A DNA stretch of 64,000 nucleotides from Eledone cirrhosa (GCA_964016885.1 OZ024758.1:13392001-13456000); one strand, 5' to 3'. Shown: positions 1 through 14,729, numbered from the stretch's first letter. Program-made: numbers and translations. Notes: generated by a model from the sequence alone, not told the origin.

Positions 1-473
1 GTGGTGTTGGTGGGGGTGATAGTTGTGATGGTGGTAATAATGGCACTGACTATTAGACAAGATTAAAAACACAGCCAGACATCATTCATAGAGTTACACG
101 GTAATGTTACGTGTTAGCTATTACCAAAAACATTTAAAACTTAAAACAAAATTGAAATATAATCAAAACAAAAAGCTATATTCAAACAAACAAACAAACA
201 AACAAACAAATAAATAAATAAATAAATAGTTTGATTGATTAAATTAATTATAAGGTTTTCTGAAAGATTTTCTAATTGAATTGTCAGGAGATATCTGGCC
301 TGGGGTAGAGTAGGAAACAAGAGAACGATGCTTCCTTTTGTCGAGGAGGAACAAAAGCAACTTCTATATCGTTTGAAGGTAATGTGTTTGTACTTTAGCA
401 CAGGCTAAGAGAAGTAGATCTGAGAGTGTGTCGTGGTTCTAGTGTCGGTGGCCGTGGAGAGGCAGAAAGGAAG

Positions 474-985
474 TTGTACTTAGATATTTGGTAAATGATC
501 AAATGTTTGTGAGTTCAAAACTTACTGTTACTCATTGCTGTTCTTAGTCTAGCTACCACATTTATAGAGCATCTTACCCCTGATTTTGTCCTCTAGTTAC
601 TTGTACTTAGATATTTGGTAAATGATCAAATGGTTGTGAGTTCAAAACTTACTGTTACTCATTGCTGTTCTTAGTCTAGCTACCACATTTATAGAGCATC
701 TTACCCCTGATTTTGTCCTCTAGTTACTGTTGTTCTCCTTAGTCTAGCTACCACATTTATAGAGCATCTTACCCCTGATTTTGTCCTCTAGTTACTGTTG
801 TTCTCCTTAGTCTAGCTACCTCATTTACAGAGCATCAAACCCCTAATTTTGTCAAATAGTTAATGTTGTTCTCCTAAGTCTAGCTACCACATTTACAGAG
901 AATCTAACCCCTGATTTTGTACCCTAGTTACTGTTAGTGTTCTTAGTCTAGCTACCACATTTTCAAAGAATCTACCCCCTGGATG
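474..985. repeat. Tandem repeat: 127-bp unit twice, then ~68-bp subunits
   Basis: cttagtctagctaccacatttatagagcatcttacccctgattttgtcctctagttac recurs 6 times. Confidence 0.85.
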
Positions 986-3010
986 AGTTGGTCCCCTAAT
1001 TACCAACATTCTAACGCCTCTGCCAATTTGTCGCCTGTAATTATAAATTAATAATTGACTAATAACGTATACTTGTGTGGTGGTGGTGGTGAGTGGGTCG
1101 GGAGATATGTGTATGTCTGTATATTCTTAATGGCTGGCAGATTGACAAACCATCAAACATAGTTCTATCATAATTACAACAATATTTAATCAATCTTACG
1201 GTAAAGATAATTCAGGTTACAAGAGGAATCTTTAAGAACTGATTTCACTCATCACACAGATATTGCTGCATGGTTAAAGGATTTGTTTCACAGCCACCTA
1301 GTTTTAGGTTTGATACTACTGTGAGGCACATTGGGAAAGTAAGTGTCTTCTATTATATCTTTTGTATAACTAGTGGCTTTCTGAGTGAAATTTGGTAGAC
1401 AGAAACTATGCAAAAGCCTGTCATATTTAAATATAAAAGATTTGTGTATATGTGTGAGATTCTGCGAGTGTGTGAGTGTGAGTCTGTGTGAGTGTGAGTC
1501 TGTGTGAGTATGAGTCTGTGTGAGTGTCTTCTACTATATCTTTTGTATAACCAGTGGCTTTCTGAATGAAATTTGGTAGATGGAAACTATGTAAAAGCCT
1601 GTCATATTTAAATATATAAAGATAAAAATATATATATATGTGTGTGATTCTGTGAATCTCTGAGTCTGTGTGTGTGTGTGTGTATTCATATTGATACAAC
1701 TTTGGCATCTGGTGATGTTTGTTTATGTCCCATATAAACAATAAATTCCACAAATCAATGGTGTGACACTAGAAGATCAATGGAATAAAAAATGTGTCAC
1801 TTAAAAACAAATATACTTTGACAGCATCGGAAAGAGGTCTCTAACTATAGAATACTGTCTCAAAAATGTTTTCTCCTTCCCATGACAGCAGGGGAAAAGT
1901 GGACATAAATGCGAAGATGTAACAGGATTTTATGATGTCTCTATAAAACTGTAACAGTCTGTTGTTTGAAATCTAATTTAGAATGAAGAAAATACAATTT
2001 GTGTCCGTAGGAAATGTGATTTTGTCTGTAGGACATCTCTCACATTTGAAGTAATGTCCTTAACTCTCACCCACACCGCCCCTTTCAATGTAAAGTTATG
2101 TTGGTCCCACAACATCCAGGCCGAAACAAATGAGATCGTGTAGGTGTCACGACAAAAAACACACAGTCCACGCTGTAAATGTGGCCGTGTAGGCAACACG
2201 GTAAAAACCTCCCAGCCCCACACTGTAAATGTGGTTGGTGTTAGGAAGGGCATCCAGCTGTAGAAAACCCGCCAGACAGTCCACGCTGTAATGTGGCCGT
2301 GTAGGCAACACGGTAAAAACCTCCCAGCCCCACACTGTAAATGTGGTTGGTGTTAGGAAGGGCATCCAACTGTAGAAAACCCGCCAGACAGTCCTATGCG
2401 AGCAAGTGGGAAAACCCCCGTCCAAACCCATGCAAGCGTGGAACACGGACGCTAAACCTGATGATGATGATGATGATGATTACTCTATATTTACTATTAT
2501 ATTTTCATGGTAAAAGCTTTACCTCTCATAATATCGAATCTATGAGATTTGATGTTATTTATTTTGACATCAGTATGAGCAGTCAGATACAGCCAGGTTG
2601 AAAAGAAAGAGGTGAGAGAATTCTGGCCGGATATGGCCGGTATAAATGTTAAAGGGTTAAGATAATGTTATGAAACTTTGCAATAAATCATTGGTCAAGG
2701 TTTCACCACCTTCAATCCTCCACCCTCCATCATTCCTCCAGACAAAGTTCATTGTTCTGTTTATCTAAATACAACAGACTAAATTGTGTCGATGACTGAC
2801 AGGATGAGAAAATGTTATGTTGTTACTTTGCTAAAAGCAATAATATGCTTTAATAGTATGAAAATGTCCGAATTTTTGCACGGCCTGTCACACAAAAGGA
2901 ATTCTAAAAGAAAAAAACACCAACAGAAAGTATATATATATATATATATTAGAAAGTGAGGTTTTTTTTACAAAATGAAAAATAACCGAGGTGTCCTACA
3001 CGAGTGAAAG

Positions 3011-3233
3011 TATAAAGAAAAAAAGATGAAATCGAAAATGCAACTGGAGTCTTATTTTTTTTTAAAATATGGATGTGAGAAAAACCACAGATGTGAGAAA
3101 AACCACAGACCCTCCATCTCAACTCTACTTTTGAAAAGCAGAAGAACTGCGAAACCGGTAAAGGAACCAAATAAATATATATATTTTTAAAAAAAATAAG
3201 ACTCCAGTTGCATTTTCGATTTCATCTTTTTTT

Positions 3234-3240
<7 letters not shown>
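3011..3240. repeat. 60-bp inverted repeats (3011-3070 / 3181-3240) enclosing a hammerhead relic
   Basis: Arms are near-perfect reverse complements; inside, ctt-TTGAAAA-gcag/aagaa/ctgc-GAAA-ccgg-T-A-aag at 3128-3163. Confidence 0.8.
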
Positions 3241-3278
<38 letters not shown>

Positions 3279-3280
3279 AA

Positions 3281-3514
3281 CCCTTTAGCATTTACATTAC
3301 TCTATATATACTATTGTATTTTTGTGGTAAAAGCTTTACTTCACATAATTACCTCTCATAATTATCTCACATAATATTGAATCTATGAGATTTTCATATT
3401 ATTTATTTTGAGAACAATACCTTAACATCAGTATGAGTGGCAAGTTACAGGCGCTTTGAACAGAAAGAGATGAGAGAATTCTGGCCGGATATGGCCAATT
3501 TAAATGCTAAAGGG
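3281..3514. mobile_element. piggyBac-type MITE
   Basis: TTAA on both sides; perfect 14-bp TIRs ccctttagcattta / taaatgctaaaggg. Confidence 0.85.
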
Positions 3515-3653
3515 TTAAGAGAAACCAGCTTTAGACAAAGCCAAGAATAATCCTTATTCTCCTCCTCTTCATCATCACCACCACCACTACCAACCACCAC
3601 CATCATCATCATCATCATCATCATCATTAACATCAACACCATTATAACCACCA

Positions 3654-3739
<86 letters not shown>

Positions 3740-3942
3740 TTATATATTTATTTCAGAAGATCCCGTTAAGGATGAAAGCAGCGATTCTTTGCTTAAACTT
3801 TAATCTGTTATTTTAACAAATATTTGCTCTACGGTTTTATATATTTTATATATATATTAACCTTATCGAGCCCTCTTCAGATTTTAGTCTTCACATTTAT
3901 TATTATTACTATATGTACAGTGAGAAACTTTGCTCCGAAAGG

Positions 3943-4045
3943 ATTGCTTGTGTCCGAAGAACCTGCAGCGGTAGAATCAGCCAGATTAATACAGTGATCA
4001 TGTCTCGAGCTACCTGCCGGCAAAACAATTGTAACACGCAATAAA
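3943..4045 (+). ncRNA. Degenerate hammerhead relic followed by AATAAA (Penelope pLTR-like)
   Basis: attgcttgtgt-CCGAAGA-[long stem II ...gcag.ggtag / ctacctgc]-AAAA-caattg-T-A-acacgcaat; two core substitutions; AATAAA at 4040-4045. Confidence 0.5.
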
Positions 4046-4189
4046 CTGAGTCTAGATGCATCACTGATTTTTCGTTTTTTTTTATACTATATATATATAT
4101 ATATATCGGAGAAGAGTCAGGACCCCGATGGCTGAGCTCCGGCCATTTCGACAGCTATATCCGAATATATATACCCACACACACACACA

Positions 4190-4227
<38 letters not shown>

Positions 4228-4955
4228 TACCAAGTCACATGTGATGTATATGATGTAAGTCGTTATTTCAATGCTAGCAGGCAACACTTCAATGTTGGAT
4301 TAAGATCTACTTGTAGAGGATTAACACAGATTAATGACATTTCACAAGCTTTGTATTATGTCTTACTAATTAGTTTAATTATCGATAAATATAATTATCG
4401 TTAAAGGTAAATTAGAAATCCTTATTAGTATTTTGTGGTTTTTGACTTTTATACTTCATGCATTGCTAATCCCTTTCTTTACCTCTTCAGAAAAAAAAAA
4501 AAAAAATTAATAATAATGTGTATCTGTGTGGGTGTATCTGTGTGTGTATGTATGTGTATGTGCGTATGTGTATGTGAGTATGTGTATATGTGGACTTGTA
4601 GCTAAATAAGAATATATTACTATTATTGGCAGTATTAGTAGAGAGTCGGACGCCATGCTTTCTAACATAGTTACGTCCCTTTACGGTTTGAGTTCAAATC
4701 CCGCCGAGGTTAACTTTGCCTTTCATCCTTACGGGGGTCGATAAAATAAAGTACCAGTAATGCACTGGATAATTGCTGGCCTTGTGCCAAAAGTAGAAAC
4801 AATTATTATCATTGCTACTGTATCGGTAGAGAGTCGGACACCATGCTTTGCCTCTCATCCTTACGGGGTGGATAAAATAAAGCCCCAGTAATGCACTGGG
4901 GTCGATTTAATCGACTGCCCCCCCCCCCCTTCAAGTTGCTGGCCTTGTGCCAAAA

Positions 4956-5013
<58 letters not shown>

Positions 5014-5014
<1 letters not shown>

Positions 5015-5354
5015 GAGGCACATGGCCTAGTGGTTAGGGCATTGGCCTTGCAATCGAAAGGTTGTGAGTTCAATTCTCAGACCGGGTGATGTATTGTTTC
5101 CTTGAGCAAGACACTTTATTTCACATTGCTCCAGTTTACTCAGCTGTAGAAATGAGATGATAGGGACTGGGGTCCCTATCATTCCACTGCAAAGTGGACA
5201 TGGAGGTGCCACGGCAAAAAAGCACCCACCACTCACTCTAAATGAGGTTGGTGTTAGGAAGGGCATCCAGCTGTAGAAATCAAGCCAGAATCAGTTCCCG
5301 TCCCACCCTTGCAAGCAGGGAAAAGCGGACGTAAAATGATGATGATGATGATGA
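5014..5354 (+). mobile_element. tRNA-derived SINE family A with RTE-type tail (representative copy)
   Basis: A box TGGCCTAGTGG, B box GAGTTCAATTC, core ccttgagcaagacactttatttcacattgctccag, tail ...gcaagcagggaaaagcggacgtaaaat(gat)n. Other copies: 17495-17841(-), 19248-19512(+), 35271-35563(-), 37752-38070(+), 46287-46736(+), 50053-50394(+), 54103-54285(-). Confidence 0.85.
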
Positions 5355-5397
5355 TATATATATATATAAATAGAAGCTATCTTTATAAATCCATATT

Positions 5398-5458
5398 TAT
5401 TTTATTATATATATTTCAAGGGTACTAAAATTTTGGTTCTCTCTCATCAGATAAAATA
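5398..5458 (-). ncRNA. Type I hammerhead ribozyme with eroded stem II
   Basis: Minus strand: tattttat-CTGATGA-[gagagaaccaaaa/ttttagtaccctt]-GAAA-tatata-T-A-ataaaata; perfect 8-bp AU-only stem I, palindromic stem III. Confidence 0.55.
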
Positions 5459-5562
5459 CAAAAATTGGTTTATAGATAGTGACATATCCAGGTAAGAACT
5501 TAATGTTGTGAGTTCTATTTGAATAGTATATATATATATATATATATAAATATGTGTGTGTG

Positions 5563-5658
<96 letters not shown>

Positions 5659-5666
5659 TGTGTGTG

Positions 5667-5724
<58 letters not shown>

Positions 5725-5755
5725 TGTGTGTATATATATATATAAATATAAAAAC

Positions 5756-5801
<46 letters not shown>

Positions 5802-5850
5802 GAAATGGGCTACTGATCTCCCAAGCAGGCCAGAGATCTACATCTCATTC

Positions 5851-5956
<106 letters not shown>

Positions 5957-6335
5957 ATTTCTTTTTCATTTCTGAGCCTGTGTAGACTTCCATTACTTTT
6001 TCTCAAATTACTGAAGACTTTTCCTTCTAAACCAATCCCATCATGCTCCATTTAATAGCTTCTGTTCAATACAGAAATCGTTTGAAATAATAACACATTT
6101 CAACTCTGATTTATTTTTAAATACTTACATATATATAAATATATATATCATCATCATCATCATCATCAACATCATCATCATCATCATCTATATATATTAA
6201 AATAACAAATTAAAGTTTAAGCAAAGAACCGCTGCTTTCACTGTTAACTATCATTATCCTTACGAGGTCGATAAAATAAAGTACCAGTAATTGCACTGGG
6301 TAATTGCTGGCTTTGTGCCTAAAGTAGAAACAATT

Positions 6336-6369
<34 letters not shown>

Positions 6370-6376
6370 TACATAT

Positions 6377-6430
<54 letters not shown>

Positions 6431-6496
6431 CTGATGATTTCTAAAGAATGAAACAGTTCTAGTCCTGTAGAATCTCATCTATATTAAAACTATATA

Positions 6497-6651
<155 letters not shown>

Positions 6652-7962
6652 TGGATTGGCAGTATCTGTAGAGGGTTGGACGCCATTCTTTGCAGCACAG
6701 TTACGTCCCTTTACGGACTGAGTTCAAATCCCGTTGAGGTTAACTTTGCCTTTCATCCTTACTTTGTCGATAAAATAAAGTACCAGTAATACACTGGAAT
6801 AATTGCTGGCCTTGTGCCAAAAAGTAGAAAGAATTATTACTATATATATATATATATACATCATCATCATCATCATCGCTTAACGTCCATCTTCCATGCT
6901 TCCATGGGTTTGGTCGGGAGTTTTCCCACTTGAGGCAAGATTGGTTGTCTTGCTCGTATAGGACTGTCTGTATACATATGTGTATATATATATATATATA
7001 TATATGTATATGTATGTATATATATACATATATATATACATATATACACACACACACACACATATATATATACATATATACACACTGGAGTGTTTATTCT
7101 TTTGTCCATGGCTATTGTTTTATTGTTTTTATTGATTGGTTTCTGGTGTTATTTTGTTAAGTTTTTAGTGTTGTATATTTTAGTATGATGTTGTTTGTAT
7201 CTCGCAATCCATTGTTTTAATTTCAACAATGTTGTGTTATATTAGGACATTAACTATAGTTATCACCATAGTCTTTATACTAGGATTTTATTGGTCAGTT
7301 CCACTGTTGTTCATTTAATGTTGTTTTTCTTGATATTAACTCTTAATATCCTGTAATAATTTAAGCAGGAAATGTCTAAAAACTGGTTTGTTAATTCAAA
7401 TGTATATAATGTAGGTGTCACGAGAAAAAACACACAGTCCACACTGTAGTGTGGCCGTGTAGGTAACACGGTAAAAAGTTCCCAGTTCCACAGTGTAAAT
7501 GTGGTTGGTGTTAGGAAGGGCATCCAGCCGTAGAAAGCCTGCCAGATAGTCCTATATGAGCGAGACATGGTCACCCGACCAACCTTGCCTCAAGTGGGAC
7601 AACTCCCGTCTAACCCATGCTAGCGTGGAAAGTGGACGTGAAATGAGGATGATGATGATGATGATAGTGTCTTTATAAATGTTTATAGCATCGTATAAAA
7701 ATTTACAGTGTTAGAGTAAAAATCTATTTTTTCATATGATGCTGTCATATACCTTGATAATGTGGTTTGTTAATTCAAATGTATATAGTATCTTTACTTG
7801 TGTAGAGATTGTTGTGAGAATGTTCAGTATTAGAGTAAAATCTTTATTTTCTAACATAATGTAATCATAGTACAGTTTGTAATTTCAAGCCAGTCTTGCT
7901 AATGTGGTTTGTAAAATCAAATGTATATAGTATATATATACATCTGTATACAAATGTATACA

Positions 7963-8005
<43 letters not shown>

Positions 8006-8850
8006 TCTGTCTGTATATAAATGTATATAGTGTCTAATGTAAAGATTGTAAACATTTGCAGTATTAGAGCAGAGATTTTAATTTTTAATGTGATACAGCC
8101 ATGGTGTTATTTTATATTTTTCAAGACAATCTCACTAATGTGGTTTCATGTGGTACAGGACGTTAAGAGTCGTTATAGTTCATTGTTTATTCTGTTGTTC
8201 TGTGATTCTGTTATTCCGTTTCTATTTTTCTTCAGTTGTTTTATCTCCTGTTTTTGCTATGTTTTATATATTTTCTTGTCGCTTATATTTGTTTTATTAG
8301 AACAATTTTCTATTTATGTTATCTATGATCACCTATCACCACAGTCTTCATATCCTGTTTTGTTATGGATGATCACCTGTCACCAGTCTTCATATCCTGT
8401 TTACTTTGCTTCAGTTTCATTGTTTATTTAAATGTTTTCGTTGTCTTTTCAATTGATTTTTGAGAAGTTTCTTCCTGTTTTGTTATGCTTCAGTAGTTTA
8501 TTTGAATTATGGCTTAAATGTTTAAATGTTTCATGTGTTGTTGTTACTGAATTGTTGTTGTAAATATTTATAAAAATGTTTATTTACATTATCTTCATCA
8601 TTGCTCTAACCCTCACCATCCTCATCATTGCTTTTATGCCTGGTACGAGTGTTGGACAAATGTTCATAATGGTGTGGGATTGATTCCTGGGCCTTGTTGC
8701 ATGATATGCTCTTGAGCAAAACATTTCATTTCACATTGGTCCAACATACATACATAGATATATGGATACATACATACTTATATATATATATATATATATA
8801 CATAAATACATGCATTCATACATAGATATATGGATACATACATACTTATA

Positions 8851-8890
<40 letters not shown>

Positions 8891-8910
8891 AATACATACA
8901 TACATAGATG

Positions 8911-8970
<60 letters not shown>

Positions 8971-10003
8971 AATACATGCATACATAGATATATGGATACA
9001 TACATACTTATATATATATATATATACATAAATACATGCATACATACATACATAGATGGATACATACATACTTATATATATATATACATACTTATATATG
9101 CATACATACATACTTATATATACATACATACACACAAATTTGCCAGCAAAAGTGCAAAGTTCTTTGCAGTTTGAACCCAAACAGAATACAAAACATCTAA
9201 CACACACATATCAATGTATGTAGTACACACATACTTATAGAGAGAAAGATAACACACACATATATGTACTCGCATGCATACACATTCATTCACACACAGT
9301 CCTACATACACACACTTTCACTCACTTGCACACACACACACAAATACATACACATACACTCACGTTCAAACACATACTTTCACACACACACATGTGCACT
9401 TTCACACACTCACACACACATACACTCACACATTCAAACACATACTTTCACACACACACACACATGTACACTTTCACACACACACAGACATACACTCACA
9501 CACACATACTTTCACATTCACATGTACACACACACGTGCACACACACACGCACACACATTTACACACACATACACCCCCTCACACATACACCCCCCCACA
9601 CATAAACACATTTACACGCATGCATACACACACACACATTCACACACACACATACATACTTACATGTACAAACTCATAGAACAGTCAAAGATTTACATAC
9701 AAACTCAAATCTATTTGAAATAACCCAATTGATCTTCAAGAATATCACCAGAGGGTAGAAAAGGAAGTATCGAAGAAGGTAAAGTTATTTCCCAAACAAT
9801 AAATCACTTGACAATGCCAAGTCCAAATTTAACTTCTCTTCCATTACCGAGAATCTTTTTCTACATTTTTCATTTTTGACACACAGACTCTCTTGTATAT
9901 TATTACGGCTTCTTTTTTACTTTTATTTTATTTTTAAACTATTCCAGCTTTAACAGTATGATGGTAAACAACTCTGTATATGTTGTGGAGGCATGTAGCT
10001 TAA

Positions 10004-11094
10004 CCCTTTAGTATTTACATTACTCTATATATACTATTGTATTTTCACAGTAAAGGCTTTACCTCACATAATATATCACATAACATTTATATTACTCTAT
10101 ATATACTATTGTATTTTCACAGTAAAGTCTTTACCTCACATAATATCTCACATAACATTTACATTACTTCCTCTATATATACTATTGTATTTTCACAGTA
10201 AAGGCTTTACCTCACATAATATATCACATAACATTTATATTACTCTATATATACTATTGTATTTTCACAGTAAAGTCTTTACCTCACATAATATCTCACA
10301 TAACATTTACATTACTCTATATATACTATTGTATTTTCACAGTAAAGGCTTTACCTCACATAATATATCACATAACATTTATATTACTCTATATATACTA
10401 TTGTATTTTCACAGTAAAGTCTTTACCTCACATAATATCTCACATAACATTTACATTACTCTATATATACTATTGTATTTTCACAGTAAAGGCTTTACCT
10501 CACATAATATATCACATAACATTTATATTACTCTATATATACTATTGTATTTTCACAGTAAAGTCTTTACCTCACATAATATCTCACATAACATTTATAT
10601 TACTCTATATATACTATTGTATTTTCACAGTAAAGTCTTTACCTCACATAATATCTCACATAACATTTACATTACTTCCTCTATATATACTATTGTATTT
10701 TCACAGTAAAGGCTTTACCTCACATAATATATCACATAACATTTACATTACTCTATATATACTATTGTATTTTCACAGTAAAGGCTTTACCTCACATAAT
10801 ATCTCACATAACATTTACATTACTCTATATTTACTATTGTATTTTCATGGTACAGGCTTTACCTCACATAGTATCTCACATAACATTTACATTACTCTAT
10901 ATTTACTATTGTATTTTCATGGTTACAGCTTTATTTCACATAATATCGAATCTATGAGATTTTGATATTTATTATTTTTGAGGAAAATGCCTTAACATAA
11001 ATATGAGTGGACAGTTACGGCCAGTTACAGCCAGTTTGAACAGAAAGAGGTGAGAGAATTCTAGCCAGATATGGCCGGTTTAAATACTAAAGGG
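10004..11094. mobile_element. piggyBac-type MITE with an internal 72-bp unit expanded about 13 times
   Basis: TTAA-CCCTTTAGTATTTA ... TAAATACTAAAGGG-TTAA; tandem array at about 10014-10950. Confidence 0.85.
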
Positions 11095-11531
11095 TTAACC
11101 TCTTCAGTACCATAAACAAGATAACTCATCCTAACATGTAGGCATTCCAGTGTCATGGAAGAGCTAACTTGTCCTAACATGTATGCATTTCAGCATTACA
11201 GACAAGATGACTCGTCCTAACATGTATGTTTTCCAGTGCCACAGATGAGATAACTCGTCCTAACATCATCCTCATCATTTAACATCTATCTTCCACTCTA
11301 GCATGGGTTAGGGTTAGCCGGGAATTGTCCCACTTGAGGCAAGATTGATCAGGGTGATCATGTCTCGCTCATATAGGACTGTATCTGGCAGGTTTTCTAT
11401 GACTGGATGCCCTTCCTAACGCCAACCACATTTACAGTGTGGATTCCAGTGTCATGAACGAGATAACTCGACCTAACACGATGTGTGTTGCCTCCCTTTA
11501 GGGTTTATTGGCTACATAGCCTAACCAGTCT

Positions 11532-11532
<1 letters not shown>

Positions 11533-11566
<34 letters not shown>

Positions 11567-11772
11567 ACGTCAGCTTTTCCCTGCTTGCAAGGATGGGACA
11601 GGTCTTATTAAGCACGGCTCCTCTCCATTCGTCACGGTCCCTTGTCATCTCCTCCATGAGCTTCAGCAATCCGCCCATGTTTTTCGTGGTCTTCCTCTAA
11701 TGCGTCTTCCTTCTACTGGGATTTCTTGGCACTTCTTTACCCAGTGGTCATCCTCCATGCACATCACATGTG
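11533..11772 (-). mobile_element. RTE LINE 3' fragment
   Basis: Similar to 33895-34150; (ATC)n tail on the left. Confidence 0.7.
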
Positions 11773-11842
11773 CATGGTGGATGACCGCTAAAGGATTATA
11801 AAATTTACTCTTGTACAGCAGAGAATCTTTAGATTGGTAGTA

Positions 11843-12672
11843 TCTTTTTTTTATTAACTTTGTTCATTCTTGAAGGAATGGAAGACAGATTTGTCCCTGG
11901 TGGAATTTGAACCGAGAGGTTTTTTTTTTATTAACTTTGTTCATTCTTGAAGGAATGGAAGACAGATTTGTCTCTGGTGGAATTTGAACCGAGAGGTTTT
12001 TTTTTATTAACTTTGTTCATTCTTGAAGGAATGGAAGACAGATTTGTCTCTGGTGGAATTTGAACCGAGAGGTTTTTTTTATTAACTTTGTTCATTCTTG
12101 AAGGAATGGAAGACAGATTTGTCCCTGGTGGAATTTGAACCGAGAGGTTTTTTTTTTATTAACTTTGTTCATTCTTGAAGGAATGGAAGACAGATTTGTC
12201 TCTGGTGGAATTTGAACCGAGAGGTTTTTTTTATTAACTTTGTTCATTCTTGAAGGAATGGAAGACAGATTTGTCTCTGGTGGAATTTGAACCGAGAGGT
12301 TTTTTTTATTAACTTTGTTCATTCTTGAAGGAATGGAAGACAGATTTGTCCCTGGTGGAATTTGAACCGAGAGGTTTTTTTTTTATTAACTTTGTTCATT
12401 CTTGAAGGAATGGAAGACAGATTTGTCTCTGGTGGAATTTGAACCGAGAGGTTTTTTTTATTAACTTTGTTCATTCTTGAAGGAATGGAAGACAGATTTG
12501 TCCCTGGTGGAATTTGAACCGAGAGGTTTTTTTTTATTAACTTTGTTCATTCTTGAAGGAATGGAAGACAGATTTGTCCCTGGTGGAATTTGAACCGAGA
12601 GGTTTTTTTTTATTAACTTTGTTCATTCTTGAAGGAATGGAAGACAGATTTGTCTCTGGTGGAATTTGAACC
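11843..12672. repeat. ~75-bp minisatellite, about 11 copies, SINE-derived
   Basis: Unit ttattaactttgttcattcttgaaggaatggaagacagatttgtc(c/t)ctggtggaatttgaaccgagagg(t)n. Confidence 0.9.
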
Positions 12673-13063
12673 ATGAGTGTTGAAAACCAGAACTAAATTC
12701 AGTAAGATAATTAATCTGTTTTCTAACCATTTCTGCCAGCTTTCTACCTAATCCTGTGATATTCTTATAAATCTAAGCAGGATCTAATTATATATATATC
12801 TTACCTTTACGTATTCAAATTCCATTAGGGATAAGAATTTTATTATGAGAAACTAAGATACTGAACCAGATTCCACATACCAACTGCTCCTCCTTTGCAC
12901 ACACACACACACACACATACACTGATACACACACACATATACACATACACTGATACACACACACATACACTGATCCACTGATACACACACACATACACTG
13001 ATACACACACATACAGATACACTGATACACACACACATACACATACACTGATACACACAAACA

Positions 13064-13110
<47 letters not shown>

Positions 13111-13548
13111 ACATACACACACACACATGTACACACAAACACACATACACACACACACAAACAAAAACACACACACACACAACCACACACACACAAACAC
13201 ACACACACACACACAGACAAACACACACACACAAACACACACACACACAGGTATACACAAACACACACATATATATATATATATACACCCACACACAAAC
13301 ACACACACACACACACACAGGTACACACAAACACATATATATATACACCCACACACAAAAACACACACACACATATGCACACACACACACAAACACACAT
13401 ACAGGCACACACACTAAAAGGTATGGGCAGCAGATATGAGATCTTACAGTTTGTGATGATATCAAAATCTTCTACAAGTGCTTTGTTGATATGTGACAAC
13501 AGTTGTAATGTATAGAGTGTCAACTATGGTATATATATATATATATAT

Positions 13549-13942
13549 ATCATCCAGGCCGAAACAAATGAGATCGTGTAGGTGTCACGACAAAAAAACA
13601 CACAGTCCACGCTGTAAATGTGGCCGTGTAGGCAACACGGTAAAAACCTCCCAGCCCCACACTGTAAATGTGGTTGGTGTTAGGAAGGACATCCAGCTGT
13701 AGAAAACCCGCCAGACAGTCCACGCTGTAATGTGGCCGTGTAGGCAACACGGTAAAAACCTCCCAGCCCCACACTGTAAATGTGGTTGGTGTTAGGAAGG
13801 GCATCCAACTGTAGAAAACCCGCCAGACAGTCCTATGCGAGCAAGACAACCACTCTTGCCTCAAGTGGGAAAACCCCCGCCCAAACCCATGCAAGCGTGG
13901 AACACGGACGCTAAACCTGATGATGATGATGATGATGATGAT
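13549..13942 (+). mobile_element. RTE-tailed non-autonomous retroposon family C
   Basis: ...ccacactgtaaatgtggttggtgttaggaagggcatcca...cccatgcaagcgtggaacacggacg...(gat)n. Copies at 2075-2480, 7410-7665, 56915-57225, 61375-61681 (+) and 6859-6970, 11265-11445, 55182-55490 (-). Confidence 0.8.
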
Positions 13943-14659
13943 CATCATCATCATCATCATCAACGTTTAACGTCCGTGTTCCACGCTTGCATGGGTTTGG
14001 ACATATATATAAAGTCTGTCTTAAGCCAGAAGGCTCATTTGGCCGGTGCTTGTCCTGGTTTCATGGCGTGAAGCGACTGAGAGTACAAGACTTCCCCCTG
14101 GACAGGACGCCAGTCCATCGCAGGGTTAAACCTCCAGCTATTGCTGGTACACATTTTCCGCTGAGTATACTGGAGCAACGTGAAATGAAGTGTTTTACTC
14201 AAGAACACAACACGCAACCCAGGAATCGAACCCACGACATTATGATAGTAGCAGTATCGGTAGAGGGTTGGATGCCATGCTTTCTAGCATAGTTACGTTC
14301 CTTTACAGTCTGAGTTCAAATCCCGCCGAGGTTAACTTTGCCTTTCATCCTTACGGGGTCGATAAAATAAAGTACCAGTAATGTACTGGTTAATTGCTGG
14401 CCTTGTGCCTAAAGTAGAAACAATTATGATAGTAAGTCCAACACCCTTACCACTAGACCACATGCCTCCACTGGTATATATATATGTATATACACATACA
14501 TATACACATACATATACACACATATACATACATATACACACATATATATATATATACATACATATAGACATACATATACACACAGTCAACTCTCATACTC
14601 TCTGTAATGTGGCATTTAATAGTAGATGTTACACATACTATATTTTAATACACACACAT

Positions 14660-14712
<53 letters not shown>

Positions 14713-14729
14713 CACATAGAGAGCTTCAC

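Noticed and set aside
280-475. GC-richer patch with an 86-aa minus-strand ORF
   Set aside because: No recognisable domain; possibly a decayed LINE 3' end but too degenerate to call.
3745-3890. Further hammerhead-like fragments (cagaaga-tcc/gga-tgaaa; minus-strand ctgaagaggg) and gaaaacagctgta at 56701
   Set aside because: Core or stem I incomplete; not distinguishable from chance by eye.
5014-5090. tRNA-like sequence with A and B boxes
   Set aside because: Head of a multi-copy SINE that continues into core and tail; no clean acceptor stem or terminator.
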